From positions 832,001 to 896,000 of the forward strand of contig CAWFXL010000001.1 in NCBI GenBank assembly GCA_963819815.1: 64,000 nt of DNA, written 5' to 3'. Of this stretch, positions 28,957-40,955 are shown piece after piece (position 1 is the first letter of the stretch; each line of letters begins with the position of its first letter). Position numbers and translations under genes: made by a program. This DNA is from an uncultured bacterium (lineage in GTDB: Bacteria; Babelota; Babeliae; Babelales; Babelaceae). The notes under the pieces were generated by a model. It was not told the origin of the DNA. It saw only the letters and a program-made list of their open reading frames with translations, and made no database searches.

Positions 28957-30083
28957 TTAATCCTGTGGTTCTCTAGGGAAAGCTCTCATTGCTTGATGTT
29001 CTAAAATTCTGGGCGCAACAACACCGTTAATGAGTGAAGTGGTGATTATATTTTCATTGGTCGCTAAAGCCGCGTCTTGAATGCTTCTGACAAGACATAT
29101 AATGTTACGTGGCACAAATCCTTCAAGCCTATCAGCTAATGCATCGAGAACCGCGTCAGAAAGAGCTCCTTCTTCTATAGTAGGTGGCACTATCTTTGTA
29201 TCTCTCCCAAACCAATACTTCCAGCTCATACGTGAAGAGGTAGCATGTTGTAAGTCCACTGAACGTACTACTATCTTATCAACAGCGTCTTTAAGAATTG
29301 CAAGACGTACATTTTTATCGGGAGCTTTAACATGAATACGTTGAGCGCAACTGTTTACAATTGCTCCAGGGATATTTTCTTCACGATTTGTGATAAGGAT
29401 TACCATGCAGCTCCTGTTTTTTTTGGTCATGTACTCTTGAACAAGTTTAATCATCTTACGCCTTATCTCGGCAGCCCTAGCGTAATTTCGAAACAATACG
29501 TCAGCATCATCAATAACAAGTGCCCTTATGCAGGGTAAGATTTCAGCATAGTGAATGAGCCTTTGTACGAGAACTGTCGCCTGTTCAGCATTCCATTTAA
29601 AAGATAAGCTGCATCAAGATAGATATATTCCATAAACTGCGGAACTAACCGCTTTGCAAACATGGTTTTACCGGTACCCGGTCTTCCTGAGATCAGCACA
29701 TTGAAAGGCGCTCCATTGCTTGCGCTTATTGATTCGATAATGCTCTTTTCTTCCGCAGCCAGTTCAGGGCTCAAAAATATCTCCGAGCCTTCATCTTTAC
29801 CGGAGATATGAATCATCGATCGAAGAAGTCTATCCATCTCCTCTACATACAGCTCATGCTTATACACGTCAAGTATGGCATCGAGCAAACCAGGCCGTCT
29901 CACAAGCGCATGCCTCTCACCATTAAGCTCAAAAACAAGTAATTCCACCCTTCTCCTTTGCTGAAGGGCCTCCCCACCTAGTCGAAAAATAGGTATAGTA
30001 TCGTTAACCATATCCATTGTATAGAGTGGTGTGCATGAGCTTGCAATTAAAGCAGTTATAAAGCTTATACGTAAAAATTTCAT
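28957..30083 (-). CDS. Secreted ATAD3-like AAA+ ATPase, split by a missing T near 29600
   Basis: Walker A GRPGTGKT. Restoring one base gives ..YLFKWNAEQA..ALVIDDADVLF (Walker B), continuing into ORF 28957-29496. Confidence 0.75.
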
Positions 30084-30289
30084 AGTCTGTCTCCATAGGA
30101 ACTATCAGTCGTTATATTAATATCCTAATTGTAACATAATAAACTATTTTCTCAAGCTCTTTCTTTGGTCGGTTAACAGGACCTATCGGCATAGAAGACC
30201 TATATCCACCCGCACGACATTGACAAATTGAAAATACATGCTAGTTTTATATTCATATGTGCGACCCAAAAAAATTAAAGGAATTGGAT

Positions 30290-31762
30290 ATGAAAAAGTT
30301 TTTAAGTACAGTCATGCTTTGCATGGCATGTTCACAACCTCTCTATGGAATGGAAGACGTCAAATCTCATGATCGTCTATTATGGCAGCTTTTAGATGCA
30401 GCTGATGAGCTTCTTGAGAAACGACAACGTGATGATGATTCCGAAGACCAGAAGGTTAAGAAAAGAGCAGTAGAAAATGATCGTATACGGAAAATTTTGA
30501 TAGATTCTTTGGATAAAAAGAATATCACCCTAGAAAAATTAGTCGATCAGCTCAAGGATGTGGACAGTTCATTAGATCAGAAATCTATTCGTTCTTTTGC
30601 GCTGGCAGAATTACTAAAAGGTTCTGTCAATGCTGCCCTTTGGAAACGCTTTATTAAAGAAAAATGCAACACTACCCCTCTACGTATTGCTGCATGGGAT
30701 GGCAACAGCAACGCGCTAAGGCTCCTTTTGGATCAAGGAGAAGTAATTAATGCGAAAAATATGGACCGAGAAACAGCACTACATCTCGCTGCACAACAAG
30801 GTCATACTGATGCAGTACGACTTCTCATAGCAAGACAAGCAGACCTTGAGGCCGAAAACAATTCGGGACATACTCCACTGCATAAGGCTGCTGCTAATGG
30901 TGATTTAAATGTGATGACCGCTCTTTTAGATAGTGGCGCACACATCGGCCAAAATCAGCATGGATGCTGTGCACTTTTTCAGGCTGCTTCTTTCGGACAG
31001 AAAAAGGCACTTGAGCTTCTCCTTACAAGAGGTGCCTCAATTCAAGAAAAAGATCCTTGCGAAAAGACAGTACTTCATCATGCTGTTTCGCAGCATGGTC
31101 GCGTAGAAGCAATAGAGTTTCTGTTAGATCGAGATCCTCAGATGATCACTATGACAGATGATCTTGGAAGAACAGCCCTCCATGTAGCTAGCGAAAGTGG
31201 TCATGTAGATATCATTAAGCTTCTCTTAGCAAGAGGAGCACAAATCGCACTGGCAGATACTGGTGGAAAAACAGCCCTTCACCTTGCAGCTTACTTTAAT
31301 CGGACAGAAGCCCTAAAACTGCTATTAGGCAGTGGCGCACAGATCGATGCGTGCGACAATCAATGGAAGACAGCCCTCCACGATGCAGCTAATAATGATA
31401 GTGTAAAAGCGCTAGAACTTCTCTTAGAGAGAGGTGCCCACATCGATGCCGCTGATAATGAAGGAAATACTGCACTCCATTATTGCGCAGGAAGAGATTG
31501 CGTAGAAGGCATAGAACTTCTCTTAGATAGAAGAGCACAGATTGCTCTCGCCAATAACGAGGGAAGAACAGCCCTCCATACGGCAGCATGGTCTTCTCAA
31601 GCAAAAGCAGTGCAACTTCTCTTAAAAAGAGGAGCCCCTACAGAGAACAAAGACAATGAAGGAAAAACGGCACTTCAGTGTGTTGATGACTTTAGTGATG
31701 ATATAAGAACTATTTTTGCTACGCATTTCATGGCCCAGAAAAATAGAGATAGAGCCCGCTAG
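30290..31762 (+). CDS. Secreted ankyrin-repeat protein (about 10 repeats)
   Basis: TALHxAA..G..LL..GA repeats; signal peptide ..LYG-ME. Confidence 0.93.
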   Translation: MKKFLSTVMLCMACSQPLYGMEDVKSHDRLLWQLLDAADELLEKRQRDDDSEDQKVKKRAVENDRIRKILIDSLDKKNITLEKLVDQLKDVDSSLDQKSIRSFALAELLKGSVNAALWKRFIKEKCNTTPLRIAAWDGNSNALRLLLDQGEVINAKNMDRETALHLAAQQGHTDAVRLLIARQADLEAENNSGHTPLHKAAANGDLNVMTALLDSGAHIGQNQHGCCALFQAASFGQKKALELLLTRGASIQEKDPCEKTVLHHAVSQHGRVEAIEFLLDRDPQMITMTDDLGRTALHVASESGHVDIIKLLLARGAQIALADTGGKTALHLAAYFNRTEALKLLLGSGAQIDACDNQWKTALHDAANNDSVKALELLLERGAHIDAADNEGNTALHYCAGRDCVEGIELLLDRRAQIALANNEGRTALHTAAWSSQAKAVQLLLKRGAPTENKDNEGKTALQCVDDFSDDIRTIFATHFMAQKNRDRAR

Positions 31763-32284
31763 ATGCATTGCAACTATCATTGTAATGTGATCTAGCAAAC
31801 TTCTTTTAGACTAAGAAATGTACAATGCAGTACTATTGTTATTGCTAAGCATCTAACAATAGTACTGCAGACACCTGATGTGATCGCAAAGTCGCTCGAT
31901 CAATTGCACACAAAGGCATCACCTTTCTAAAGGTGGTACGTCGAACCTTTTTTGATGGAGGAAACATCAAAAAAGGTCCAAAAACGATGCCAGCACCATC
32001 AAAAAATGAACCTACCAAAACTCACAATGACCCGACTAGACGATCTTTTAAGAAACAACCCCAATTAAAATTAGAAAAAAACGGAACTAGTGACTTCTCG
32101 CATGTTCGTCATACAAGAGATCCCCTGTTTTTTTAGGGCTTTCACCCTAGCAAGGAAGGATGATCACATTTCTTTCACTCTTATAAGGAAGCTTTAAACG
32201 CAGAATGTGATGTATCATAGTGGCTAGGTCAAAAGATGTATGGTATACTAAGAAACAATCAAGTAATCCGTAACCCGCTACCCT

Positions 32285-34111
32285 ATGAACATGCAAAAAT
32301 TTGATGTTATCGTGGTTGGCGGTGGCCATGCAGGAATTGAAGCTGCCTATGCAGCAGCCCGGCTTGGCTCCCGTACCCTACTACTAAGTCTTAAGCTCGA
32401 CCGCATAGGCCATATGCCGTGCAACCCTGCTATTGGGGGCATCGGCAAGGGGCATATCGTCTTTGAGATTAGTGCACTAGGTGGCCTCATGCCAAAACTC
32501 TGTACGAGCACCTATCTTCAAGCACGCATGCTCAATACAAGAAAAGGTCCTGCTGTTCATGGACTACGTCTACAAATCGACAAGGTAGCCTATGCTGAGC
32601 TCAGCCAAAAAGAGTTAGCACACGTTTCCAACCTTACTATTATGAGCGGTCTTGTAGATGAGCTACTTCTTCATGAAGATGGCTCAATTAAAGGAGTGCG
32701 TACCCAAGAGGGAACTATCTATGAAGCTTCTTCGGTCGTCCTTACTACGGGTACTTTTTTAAATGGCCTGTGTCATGTAGGCTATGATAACTACCAAGCA
32801 GGAAGACAGGGAGAAGAAGCGGTTACCAAACTCTCGAGCTTCTTAAGTTCACGTGGTCTTTCCATGAAACGTTTAAAAACAGGAACTCCTCCACGCTTAT
32901 TGCGTAGCAGTTTAGACTTTACTCAGATGGAATACCAAGGATCTGATGAGCTTTCATCTCTCTTTGAGTTTGAGCCTCATCAGGTTACCCATAAAATGGG
33001 CTGTTATATTACCCATACCAATGAAAAGACCCATGCAATTTTAACGAAAAACTTTGAGAAGTCGCCGATATTTACGGGGCATATCAAAGGCACTCCGCCA
33101 CGATATTGTCCTTCTATTGAAGATAAAATCTCCCGCTTTGCCGGCAAAACTTCCCATCATGTATTTGTCGAACCAGAAAGTGCCTCAAGTGAAGAAATCT
33201 ATCCTAATGGGCTCTCTACCTCGATGCCTCTTGAAGTGCAGGAGGAGTTTATTAGGTCGATAAAAGGCTTTGAGAAAGCAGAGATTGTACGACCAGGTTA
33301 TGCAGTCGAATATGATTGTATATTACCCAACCAACTCAAGCATACGCTCGAAGTTAAAACGATTCCGGGACTCTTTCTTGCAGGACAGATCAACGGGACT
33401 ACCGGCTATGAAGAGGCTGCAGGACAGGGCATCATAGCGGGCATTAATGCAGCGCATAAATCACAAGATAAAGAGCCCTTTATTATAGCACGTACTGAAG
33501 GCTATATCGGTATCATGATCGATGATCTAGTCACACTCAGTATCGATGAGCCGTACCGCATGTTTACCTCACGTGCAGAACGGCGTCTTATCCTCCGTCA
33601 AGATAATGTCTTTGATCGATTGGGAGATAAAGCTCATGCGCATGGACTCATAAGCGATAATACCTATGCCGCAATTACACAGGAACGTGAGCTCGTACGT
33701 GCGTGTGGTACTCTGCTCGCCTCTAACAAGCGTCAATTTCTTGCCCTCAAACAATGGCTTGGAGAGGGACGGGTAGATGATGTGTATGCTCATATTACTC
33801 AGATAGCACCGGAGCCGCTTTCAGACAGAGCACGTACTATGGTCTATGCGGATCTGCTTTATGGCCCGTATATTGAACGGGAAGAGAAGGAGCTTGCTAA
33901 GACCCACTATTATCAAAGCCTTGAAATTCCTTCATCCTTTAGCTATGACTATATACCTGGCCTTTCAATTGAGCTGCGCCAAAAGCTCGCCTCTATAAGG
34001 CCCAATACCATAGCGCAAGCTCAGCTCATTACGGGGATGACCCCTGCTGCAATCTCATTATTGATATTTAAAGTACGAGAGCACCGCAAAAAGGAGCCTC
34101 ATGAATCCTAA
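32285..34111 (+). CDS. mnmG: tRNA uridine-5-carboxymethylaminomethyl modification enzyme
   Basis: GGGHAGIEAA, CNPAIGG, KTGTPPR, PRYCPSIEDK, GQINGTTGYEEAA. Confidence 0.98.
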   Translation: MNMQKFDVIVVGGGHAGIEAAYAAARLGSRTLLLSLKLDRIGHMPCNPAIGGIGKGHIVFEISALGGLMPKLCTSTYLQARMLNTRKGPAVHGLRLQIDKVAYAELSQKELAHVSNLTIMSGLVDELLLHEDGSIKGVRTQEGTIYEASSVVLTTGTFLNGLCHVGYDNYQAGRQGEEAVTKLSSFLSSRGLSMKRLKTGTPPRLLRSSLDFTQMEYQGSDELSSLFEFEPHQVTHKMGCYITHTNEKTHAILTKNFEKSPIFTGHIKGTPPRYCPSIEDKISRFAGKTSHHVFVEPESASSEEIYPNGLSTSMPLEVQEEFIRSIKGFEKAEIVRPGYAVEYDCILPNQLKHTLEVKTIPGLFLAGQINGTTGYEEAAGQGIIAGINAAHKSQDKEPFIIARTEGYIGIMIDDLVTLSIDEPYRMFTSRAERRLILRQDNVFDRLGDKAHAHGLISDNTYAAITQERELVRACGTLLASNKRQFLALKQWLGEGRVDDVYAHITQIAPEPLSDRARTMVYADLLYGPYIEREEKELAKTHYYQSLEIPSSFSYDYIPGLSIELRQKLASIRPNTIAQAQLITGMTPAAISLLIFKVREHRKKEPHES

Positions 34112-34883
34112 ACTGCTCACCTTATATGGACCACTTGAGTTTAATGGCTACAATACGGCCATTATGATCGGCATCGGAGTATTTTTGTATTGTGCTAATA
34201 GGCATCCTACCCGAGCCCAGTATATGAGCAGTTCAGCATTTTTTAATCTTATTATCGAGTCGGCACTTGCAGCACTGTTAGGCGGCAGAATTCTCCATAT
34301 ACTCAGCAGTTTATCAGACTATCCAACCCTGTATGCTATGATCAGTCTCTGGGATGGTGGTCTTTCTATACTAGGTGGCTTTTTGGGGGTACTTCTCTTT
34401 AGTAGCTGGCGCTTACGTCAACTTGGAGTTCCCTTTGCACCCGTTGCTGACATTGCAGCGCTCTATGCCCCTCTTGTGCATAGCATTGCACGCATAGGAT
34501 GCTTCATAGTAGGATGCTGCCATGGCGCTCCAACTGACAGTATTTTTGGCTTTACCTATACGCACCCACAGGCTCTTGCGCCACTTAATATTCCCCTCCA
34601 TCCAAGTCAACTGTATAGCTCTCTCGTATACGCATGCTTATTCATAGCATTATATCTCTATGCTGAGCGCTCCAAACCGCAAGCTGGTGTTATCACCCTA
34701 CTTTATATCATGGGCATGAGCCTTGAACGGTTTCTGATTGATTTTGTTCGAGGAGATCGTATACTGGTTGAATCACTTCCTCATCTTTCGTTCTATCAGC
34801 TCGTTGCTGCAGCTCTTTTTATAGGAGCGCTCAGCATTATGATAGTTCGCCAACGGGCACCGACGACCTATGAATCTCTTTAG
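34101..34883 (+). CDS. lgt: Prolipoprotein diacylglyceryl transferase
   Basis: GGRI, WDGGLSILGG, RIGCF..GCCHG, HPSQLY, RFLIDFVRGD. Confidence 0.92.
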   Translation: MNPKLLTLYGPLEFNGYNTAIMIGIGVFLYCANRHPTRAQYMSSSAFFNLIIESALAALLGGRILHILSSLSDYPTLYAMISLWDGGLSILGGFLGVLLFSSWRLRQLGVPFAPVADIAALYAPLVHSIARIGCFIVGCCHGAPTDSIFGFTYTHPQALAPLNIPLHPSQLYSSLVYACLFIALYLYAERSKPQAGVITLLYIMGMSLERFLIDFVRGDRILVESLPHLSFYQLVAAALFIGALSIMIVRQRAPTTYESL

Positions 34884-36600
34884 TTATATTAAACAACGAG
34901 TACCGATACTCACTGTTATCGGTGAATATACGACCCTTAAAAAGGCCGGCATGTACTGGAAAGGATGCTGCCCTTTTCACCACGAACGTACAGCTTCCTT
35001 CACCGTAAGTCCTCACAAGGAGATCTTCTATTGCTTTGGCTGCCATGAAGGGGGCGACGTTATCTCCTTTATCGCAAAAGTTGAACATTGCACACCCTTA
35101 GAAGCAGCACGCCATCTTGTTGAACGGAACGGCATCTCATTGCCCGAGGATATGTCCTGGGATAAGAAAACGGAAACCTATGATGCAAAGAAAAGCTACT
35201 ATAAGACCTGTGAGCTATTTTCAAAGTGGTGCCAGGAGCAGCTCGGTAAAAATCCCCTCGCACACCGCTATCTGATTGATCGTCAGATAACAGAAGGAAG
35301 CATCTCCTCCTTTTCCCTGGGGTACTGCTCAACCGACGTACGGAGCCTCCTAAACTTTGCCACAAAAGAAGGAGTCCTTGCACAAAACTTTATAGATGCC
35401 CACATTATCAAAGAGGGCAAAATGGGCCTCTATACCACCTTTGATGAGCGGATAATATTTCCGATACACGATCATCTTGGCCATACGGTCGGCTTTGGAG
35501 GAAGGGTTTTTAAGGACGGCGACGACCGAGCTAAATACTATAACTCTCAAGATCACGTTTTTTTTAATAAAGGAACCTTACTTTTTGGCCTTGATAAAGC
35601 TAAGAAGGCTATTTCAAAAGAAGAGGCGGTCTTTCTTGTTGAAGGATATACTGACCTTATTATGATGCATCAGTACGGCTATACCAATTCAGTAGCTACG
35701 CTAGGCACTGCCTGTACGCCTGACCATTTAAAGCAGTTAGCACATTACGCCGAGAGGCTCTATGTCCTCTATGATGGGGACTCTGCAGGACAAAATGCTA
35801 TTATACGCCTCGCTGAGCTCTGTTGGGAAGTGTCGATCGATCCCTATGTAATTATACTACCCAAAGAGGATGATCCCGCGTCATATCTGAGCAAGCATAA
35901 GAGTCTTAAGGAACCATTAGCATCTGCCCATGATATTTTTTCGTATGTCGTACATCACTTTGCAGATGACTTTAAGAATAAGAGTCTGCAAGGAAAACTG
36001 GCTGCTACTACGAAGATTCTTGAACTGATTGGATCATTATCAGATCCTCTTAAGCGCGACCTTCTGCTTCAGCAGGCAAGTGAGCGATTCATGGTGCCCT
36101 TGAATACGCTCAGACAGAGCATTATGAGTCAGAGAAAGGCGCATATTCCATCCAAAAGCCAGGAAACCTCAAAACTTAGCGCATCTCCGTTAGAAAAAAA
36201 GCTATTTTCTGCTATACTATCTCATAGGAATGTACTTGCCCCAGAAGATGAAGTACTCTTGGGGTTACTGCTCGATACACCGTTAAAAAAGGTCTTTGAT
36301 GCTTGGAATGCTTCAAAAAGTAATGAAGGTACCGATCTTATCGCACTGTTTGAACGACTTGATGAACCGGAAAAGTCATTTATCAGTCAATGTATTACCC
36401 AAGAAGAACCGGGCGATAAAGAACTCCTTGAACCTGCCCAGCTTACTCAGATTTATAAGAAACAGTGGAAAAAGAAAGTCCATGATGTCAAACTAAGAAT
36501 TGAAGAGGCGGAAAAGCAGGGAGAGCGAACACAGGTAGCTCAGTTACTCAATGACCTTAATGCGCTTAAAACTAAAATGCTTGTAAGGGGTATAACATGA
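34870..36600 (+). CDS. dnaG: DNA primase
   Basis: [15 protein letters not shown] zinc finger; FGGR; KYYNS; TOPRIM VEGYTD and YDGDSAG. Confidence 0.97.
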   Translation: MNLFSYIKQRVPILTVIGEYTTLKKAGMYWKGCCPFHHERTASFTVSPHKEIFYCFGCHEGGDVISFIAKVEHCTPLEAARHLVERNGISLPEDMSWDKKTETYDAKKSYYKTCELFSKWCQEQLGKNPLAHRYLIDRQITEGSISSFSLGYCSTDVRSLLNFATKEGVLAQNFIDAHIIKEGKMGLYTTFDERIIFPIHDHLGHTVGFGGRVFKDGDDRAKYYNSQDHVFFNKGTLLFGLDKAKKAISKEEAVFLVEGYTDLIMMHQYGYTNSVATLGTACTPDHLKQLAHYAERLYVLYDGDSAGQNAIIRLAELCWEVSIDPYVIILPKEDDPASYLSKHKSLKEPLASAHDIFSYVVHHFADDFKNKSLQGKLAATTKILELIGSLSDPLKRDLLLQQASERFMVPLNTLRQSIMSQRKAHIPSKSQETSKLSASPLEKKLFSAILSHRNVLAPEDEVLLGLLLDTPLKKVFDAWNASKSNEGTDLIALFERLDEPEKSFISQCITQEEPGDKELLEPAQLTQIYKKQWKKKVHDVKLRIEEAEKQGERTQVAQLLNDLNALKTKMLVRGIT

Positions 36601-38744
36601 CGAAGAAAAAAACAGTAGAGCCAACAAAGACTACAAAGTCAAAAGTTACGCCAAAAGTTGCACCTAAAGCAGCTCCAAAAGCTCAGTCTAAGACCGCACC
36701 TAAGGCAGCTCAAAAGGCTACTCCTAAACCTACGCCTAAAGTTACACCAAAAACAGCTCCTATAGCTGTTCAAAAAGCTCCTACCCCAAAAGTTACTCCC
36801 CAAAATGTCATTGAGGTTAAAAAGCCAGTTGCCCCTGTTGAATCTGTACGACGGACTCACCTAAAACCAAAGCCTAAAAATGTCGCCGCACCTAAAAAAG
36901 AGATCGAAGCAGGTGAAACACAAGAACTCATCGATGAACTTATCGAGCGTGGAAAACAGTCTGCGGCTTTGAGCTATGAAGAGATCATGGAGTTCAGTGA
37001 GAATAATCATCTGAGTGAGATCGAAACGGCTGACCTCTTAAAAGCTCTTGAGAAATCTAACGTGACTCTTGTTATGCAAGAGGAGATCGATAAAGAAGAA
37101 GCTCTTCAAGACTTTGAAAAAGAAGAATCGAAGAAAGAACATTTAACCTCTCACTTAAAATCATCGATCGACTATGTGGGCGACGAAGAAGATGTTGATG
37201 AAGATGAGGAAGATGAAGAGGATGGACGCTCAACCGTTCGAGTCGTGGGCGAAGCTGCTCATATTGCTGATGGTGTTAAGTGCTATTTACGAGATATCGG
37301 CAAGATTCCTCTGTTAAATAAAAAAACAGAATCTATCATCGCGAATAAAATAACGCAGGGCAAACGAGAATCTATTGAAGCAATCTCCCGATTTCCTTTT
37401 ATTCATAAAGAGATTATTTCACTGGGAGAACGGCTTGAAAAGAACTCAGTGCCCGTAAAAGATATCATCCAATTTACTGAATTTGATGAAGAGAATGCTC
37501 CCAAAGTCGAAGAAGAAAAGAAGCTCCTTCTTAAGACCATCGCTAAAATAAAAGAGCTTGTGGACAATGAATCTAAGATTTATCGAAGCTATCGAGATAA
37601 GCTTAATTCTTCTGAGATGAAAAAAGAGATGCTTGCAGCCGTCCAAGCCAACAAAAATGATATAGCTGAGACCATACAGTCGATAAAGCTCTCTAATAAG
37701 TTCATTCGCAAACTTTCAAAGCGCCTTGAAAAGATCATCAACAAGATCAAAGAGCGCACAGAAGCAAGTCAGTACTATGAAACTGACTATTCTTCCCTAG
37801 AGGCAAAGAAGAATCGTACTGAAGAAGAGCAGCAACGCATGGAAGAGGTTCATCGGCTTATGCGAGGTGCTTTGAAAGCGATCAAAAAGTCTGAGCAAGA
37901 AGCAGGACTTCCCCAAGAAGATATCTTCAGATACTATACTATGCTCAAAACAGGGCAGGTCATAGATAAGCGAGCAAAAGATGATCTTGCACGGGCAAAC
38001 TTACGCCTTGTAGTCAATATCGCTAAAAAATATGTAAACCGTGGTCTTCATTTTCTTGATCTGATCCAAGAAGGAAACATCGGTCTGATGAAAGCGGTAG
38101 AAAAGTTCGAATTTGAACGGGGCTTTAAGTTCTCAACCTATGCAACCTGGTGGATCCGACAGGCCATTACCCGTGCAATTGCAGATCAGTCACGAACTAT
38201 TCGTGTACCTGTTCATATGGTTGAAACGCTCAATAAGATCAATAAGATTAAGCGAACCTTCATCCAAGAGCATGGCCGTGAACCAACACATACTGAATTA
38301 GCAAAAGAGCTCAACATCGATGAGAAGAAGATAAAGAATATTATCAAGATCTCTAAAGAGCCTATTTCTCTTGAAACACCTGTTGGTGATAGTGAAGATG
38401 CTTTCATTAAAGATTTTATTGAAAGCGAAAATGAGTTTTCACCCGCAGATACGGTTGCTAACAGTGACTTAAAAGATCGTGTCCGTGAAGTGCTTAAAAC
38501 ACTTACTCCACGTGAAGAAAAAGTACTTAAAATGCGCTTTGGTATCGATGTCGCTTCTGAGCATACTCTTGAAGAGGTCGGTAAAGACTTCTCGGTAACT
38601 CGTGAACGTATTCGCCAAATCGAAGTAAAAGCGCTCCGCAAACTCCGCCATCCTTCACGAAGCAAGAAGCTGCAGACCTTCTTTGATAAGGAGTTCAATA
38701 TCTCCGCAGAAGAAACCCTCAATGATGAGGATGACGACGAATAA
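36597..38744 (+). CDS. rpoD: Primary sigma factor with Lys/Pro/Ala-rich N-terminal extension
   Basis: [52 protein letters not shown]. Confidence 0.97.
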   Translation: MTKKKTVEPTKTTKSKVTPKVAPKAAPKAQSKTAPKAAQKATPKPTPKVTPKTAPIAVQKAPTPKVTPQNVIEVKKPVAPVESVRRTHLKPKPKNVAAPKKEIEAGETQELIDELIERGKQSAALSYEEIMEFSENNHLSEIETADLLKALEKSNVTLVMQEEIDKEEALQDFEKEESKKEHLTSHLKSSIDYVGDEEDVDEDEEDEEDGRSTVRVVGEAAHIADGVKCYLRDIGKIPLLNKKTESIIANKITQGKRESIEAISRFPFIHKEIISLGERLEKNSVPVKDIIQFTEFDEENAPKVEEEKKLLLKTIAKIKELVDNESKIYRSYRDKLNSSEMKKEMLAAVQANKNDIAETIQSIKLSNKFIRKLSKRLEKIINKIKERTEASQYYETDYSSLEAKKNRTEEEQQRMEEVHRLMRGALKAIKKSEQEAGLPQEDIFRYYTMLKTGQVIDKRAKDDLARANLRLVVNIAKKYVNRGLHFLDLIQEGNIGLMKAVEKFEFERGFKFSTYATWWIRQAITRAIADQSRTIRVPVHMVETLNKINKIKRTFIQEHGREPTHTELAKELNIDEKKIKNIIKISKEPISLETPVGDSEDAFIKDFIESENEFSPADTVANSDLKDRVREVLKTLTPREEKVLKMRFGIDVASEHTLEEVGKDFSVTRERIRQIEVKALRKLRHPSRSKKLQTFFDKEFNISAEETLNDEDDDE

Positions 38745-38764
38745 GAAACAGATTATCTGGAACG

Positions 38765-38796
38765 AAACTCCCAAGAGCCAATCTTGGGAGTTTTTT
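38765..38796 (+). terminator. Intrinsic terminator of the mnmG-rpoD operon
   Basis: AAACTCCCAAGA-GCCAA-TCTTGGGAGTTT plus TTT. Confidence 0.9.
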
Positions 38797-39155
38797 CTAC
38801 CGTCTACATGGTAACCATTTGGATGTTTATGAGTACTATTCAGAGTCATCATCCCTTTTAGTACTATCGAAAACACCCAACGGGCCCTTACTGAGAAGCT
38901 CAAAGATTACGAGAAGGATCTTATATGGGGTATTTTTGAGTCAAGCGCAGAAAATAATTTGTTTTTTTGTAATAATTTCTGGCCAGACAAAAAAAATCAT
39001 GCTACCCTTAAGCTAAGACTTTTTGAAAAGTCTTGTAGTATTAAACGAAAAAGAGCGCATCAGGCTCTGGTAAAAGGCTCCAAAAGAAGGGGTTACACGT
39101 CTAAAGAGGCTTCAATTATAAGATGTTTCTTGTGATAACCAAGAGAAGGACCGAC

Positions 39156-40955
39156 ATGAATAAAAACATACTTGTACACATTGTAGGAACACTAGTATTC
39201 AGCATAGCTTCTCTTAGAGGGATGCAGCAAGCAGTTGTTGAAAATGCTCTTTCAGACATTGAGCTCGCCTGTACTAATAATGAGATTAATGAGGTAAAAA
39301 GGCTCTTATCCCGGGGAGTCAAGGTTAATGCGGTGAATCACCAGGGCGTTACACTCTTATACATTGCAAGTCAATTAGGCCACAAGACAATAACCCAACT
39401 CTTATTAAATTACGGAGCAGAGGTAAATGCTCAATCACCTGATGGTGGGACGGCATTACATGCAGCAAGTATGAATAATCATTCAGATCTATGCAAAATA
39501 CTCATAGATCGTGGAGCAACCGTCGATATACAAACACGTAGTGGGGCAACAGCTCTTTTTACCGCAGTTTTACGTAATAGCTATGAGGCCGCCTCTGTCT
39601 TGCTCAATAATGGTGCTAATCCAAATATACCTACCATAAAAAATAAAAAAACTCCGATTCATAGAGCAATTGAGGATAATAATATAAGGATGGTGGAGCT
39701 TCTGGTCGCTCATAGTGCAGATCTCTCATGTAAAGATAAGCAGGAGAACACACCGCTCTTATTGGCAGCTATAGCATCGAATGAAGCTATAGGTCAAAAA
39801 CTTATAGAGTTTCATGCGAACTGCAAGGGTTCTGGATTTTACTTCAGTAAGAAGAATAAACTCTTAAGAAAATTTCTCGCTACTCTTAATGCAAGTCAGA
39901 GTGAATTAGCTGAGGATGGCGCAGCTCCCGGCATAGTTTCTCCGTACATCAGTATTAAATATGTAAGTACCAACAACGAAAATGACAATGACGGAGCTGT
40001 AAATAATCAGCCCTACCAAAGTATACTGACTAAGGCAAAGAATAATTATGAGAACTTTTCTGCCCCTCTTGATGGAAAATCTGAAAAAGCTCAAGTCTCA
40101 GTAAATGGCCATTATGATGAAGCACGTCTTCGGCAGCAGGATAACTATGAGGCAGTTTTTTATCTCGAAGCTGAGACGACACCAAATGATCATTATTGTT
40201 CAGTCGTTCCTCGGCAACCAGAAAACTCTAACGACATATTTGCATCGCTCCATAAGGCAGCATCCGAAGGATCTTGTGAAGAAATTGAGATCTTGCTCAG
40301 TTTTGGAGTTCCAATCGATTTGCGTGATGATGACGGATATACCCCTCTTCAAAGGGGAGTAATGGCCGGCAAAGAAAACACTTGTAGACTACTCTTAGCA
40401 CGTGAAGCTGATAGGAGCCTCAAGACTCCTCATGGTAAAACAGCGTTAGAGCTCGCAAAAGAGTTACAGTTTGCTAAACTCGTTGCTCTCCTTGAAAGTT
40501 CTTCAGTCATCAACTCTCCAGGGTATGGAAGTATACCAATGGCACCCTCTGGATATGCAGCAATGCCTGAATCGGCATTTAAATCGTCGGGTAGTTATGG
40601 ACAATTACCCTTACGACTTGCCGGGTACATTAAGTCTTCAGCACAATCTAAGGCTGACGAAAAAAGATACGTTTCGATCCCTCTCATTCATAAAGCCTCT
40701 CAGGAGGGGATCTGTGAGATTATAGAAATGCACTTAAACTTGAAAGTTCCTGTCGATTTGCCCGATGCCGAAGGCTATACACCACTTCATAAGGCAGCAA
40801 TGGCCAACCAAGAAGCTGCGTGTAGGCTACTACTCAGCAGAGGTGCTAATCGAAGCGTAAGAACTAAGGCAGGTAAAACTGCACAGATGATTGCTCAAGA
40901 ACAAGGATTCAAAAGACTGGCAGCCCTTCTTGGAAATGCTACACAATCTAAGTAG
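39156..40955 (+). CDS. Secreted ankyrin-repeat protein with Tyr-motif linkers
   Basis: Three ankyrin blocks separated by low-complexity linkers; signal peptide ..LRG-MQ. Confidence 0.9.
   Translation: MNKNILVHIVGTLVFSIASLRGMQQAVVENALSDIELACTNNEINEVKRLLSRGVKVNAVNHQGVTLLYIASQLGHKTITQLLLNYGAEVNAQSPDGGTALHAASMNNHSDLCKILIDRGATVDIQTRSGATALFTAVLRNSYEAASVLLNNGANPNIPTIKNKKTPIHRAIEDNNIRMVELLVAHSADLSCKDKQENTPLLLAAIASNEAIGQKLIEFHANCKGSGFYFSKKNKLLRKFLATLNASQSELAEDGAAPGIVSPYISIKYVSTNNENDNDGAVNNQPYQSILTKAKNNYENFSAPLDGKSEKAQVSVNGHYDEARLRQQDNYEAVFYLEAETTPNDHYCSVVPRQPENSNDIFASLHKAASEGSCEEIEILLSFGVPIDLRDDDGYTPLQRGVMAGKENTCRLLLAREADRSLKTPHGKTALELAKELQFAKLVALLESSSVINSPGYGSIPMAPSGYAAMPESAFKSSGSYGQLPLRLAGYIKSSAQSKADEKRYVSIPLIHKASQEGICEIIEMHLNLKVPVDLPDAEGYTPLHKAAMANQEAACRLLLSRGANRSVRTKAGKTAQMIAQEQGFKRLAALLGNATQSK

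Noticed and set aside
31818..32136. Possible decayed small secreted gene
   Set aside because: The signal-like start is followed by stops and nothing recognisable.
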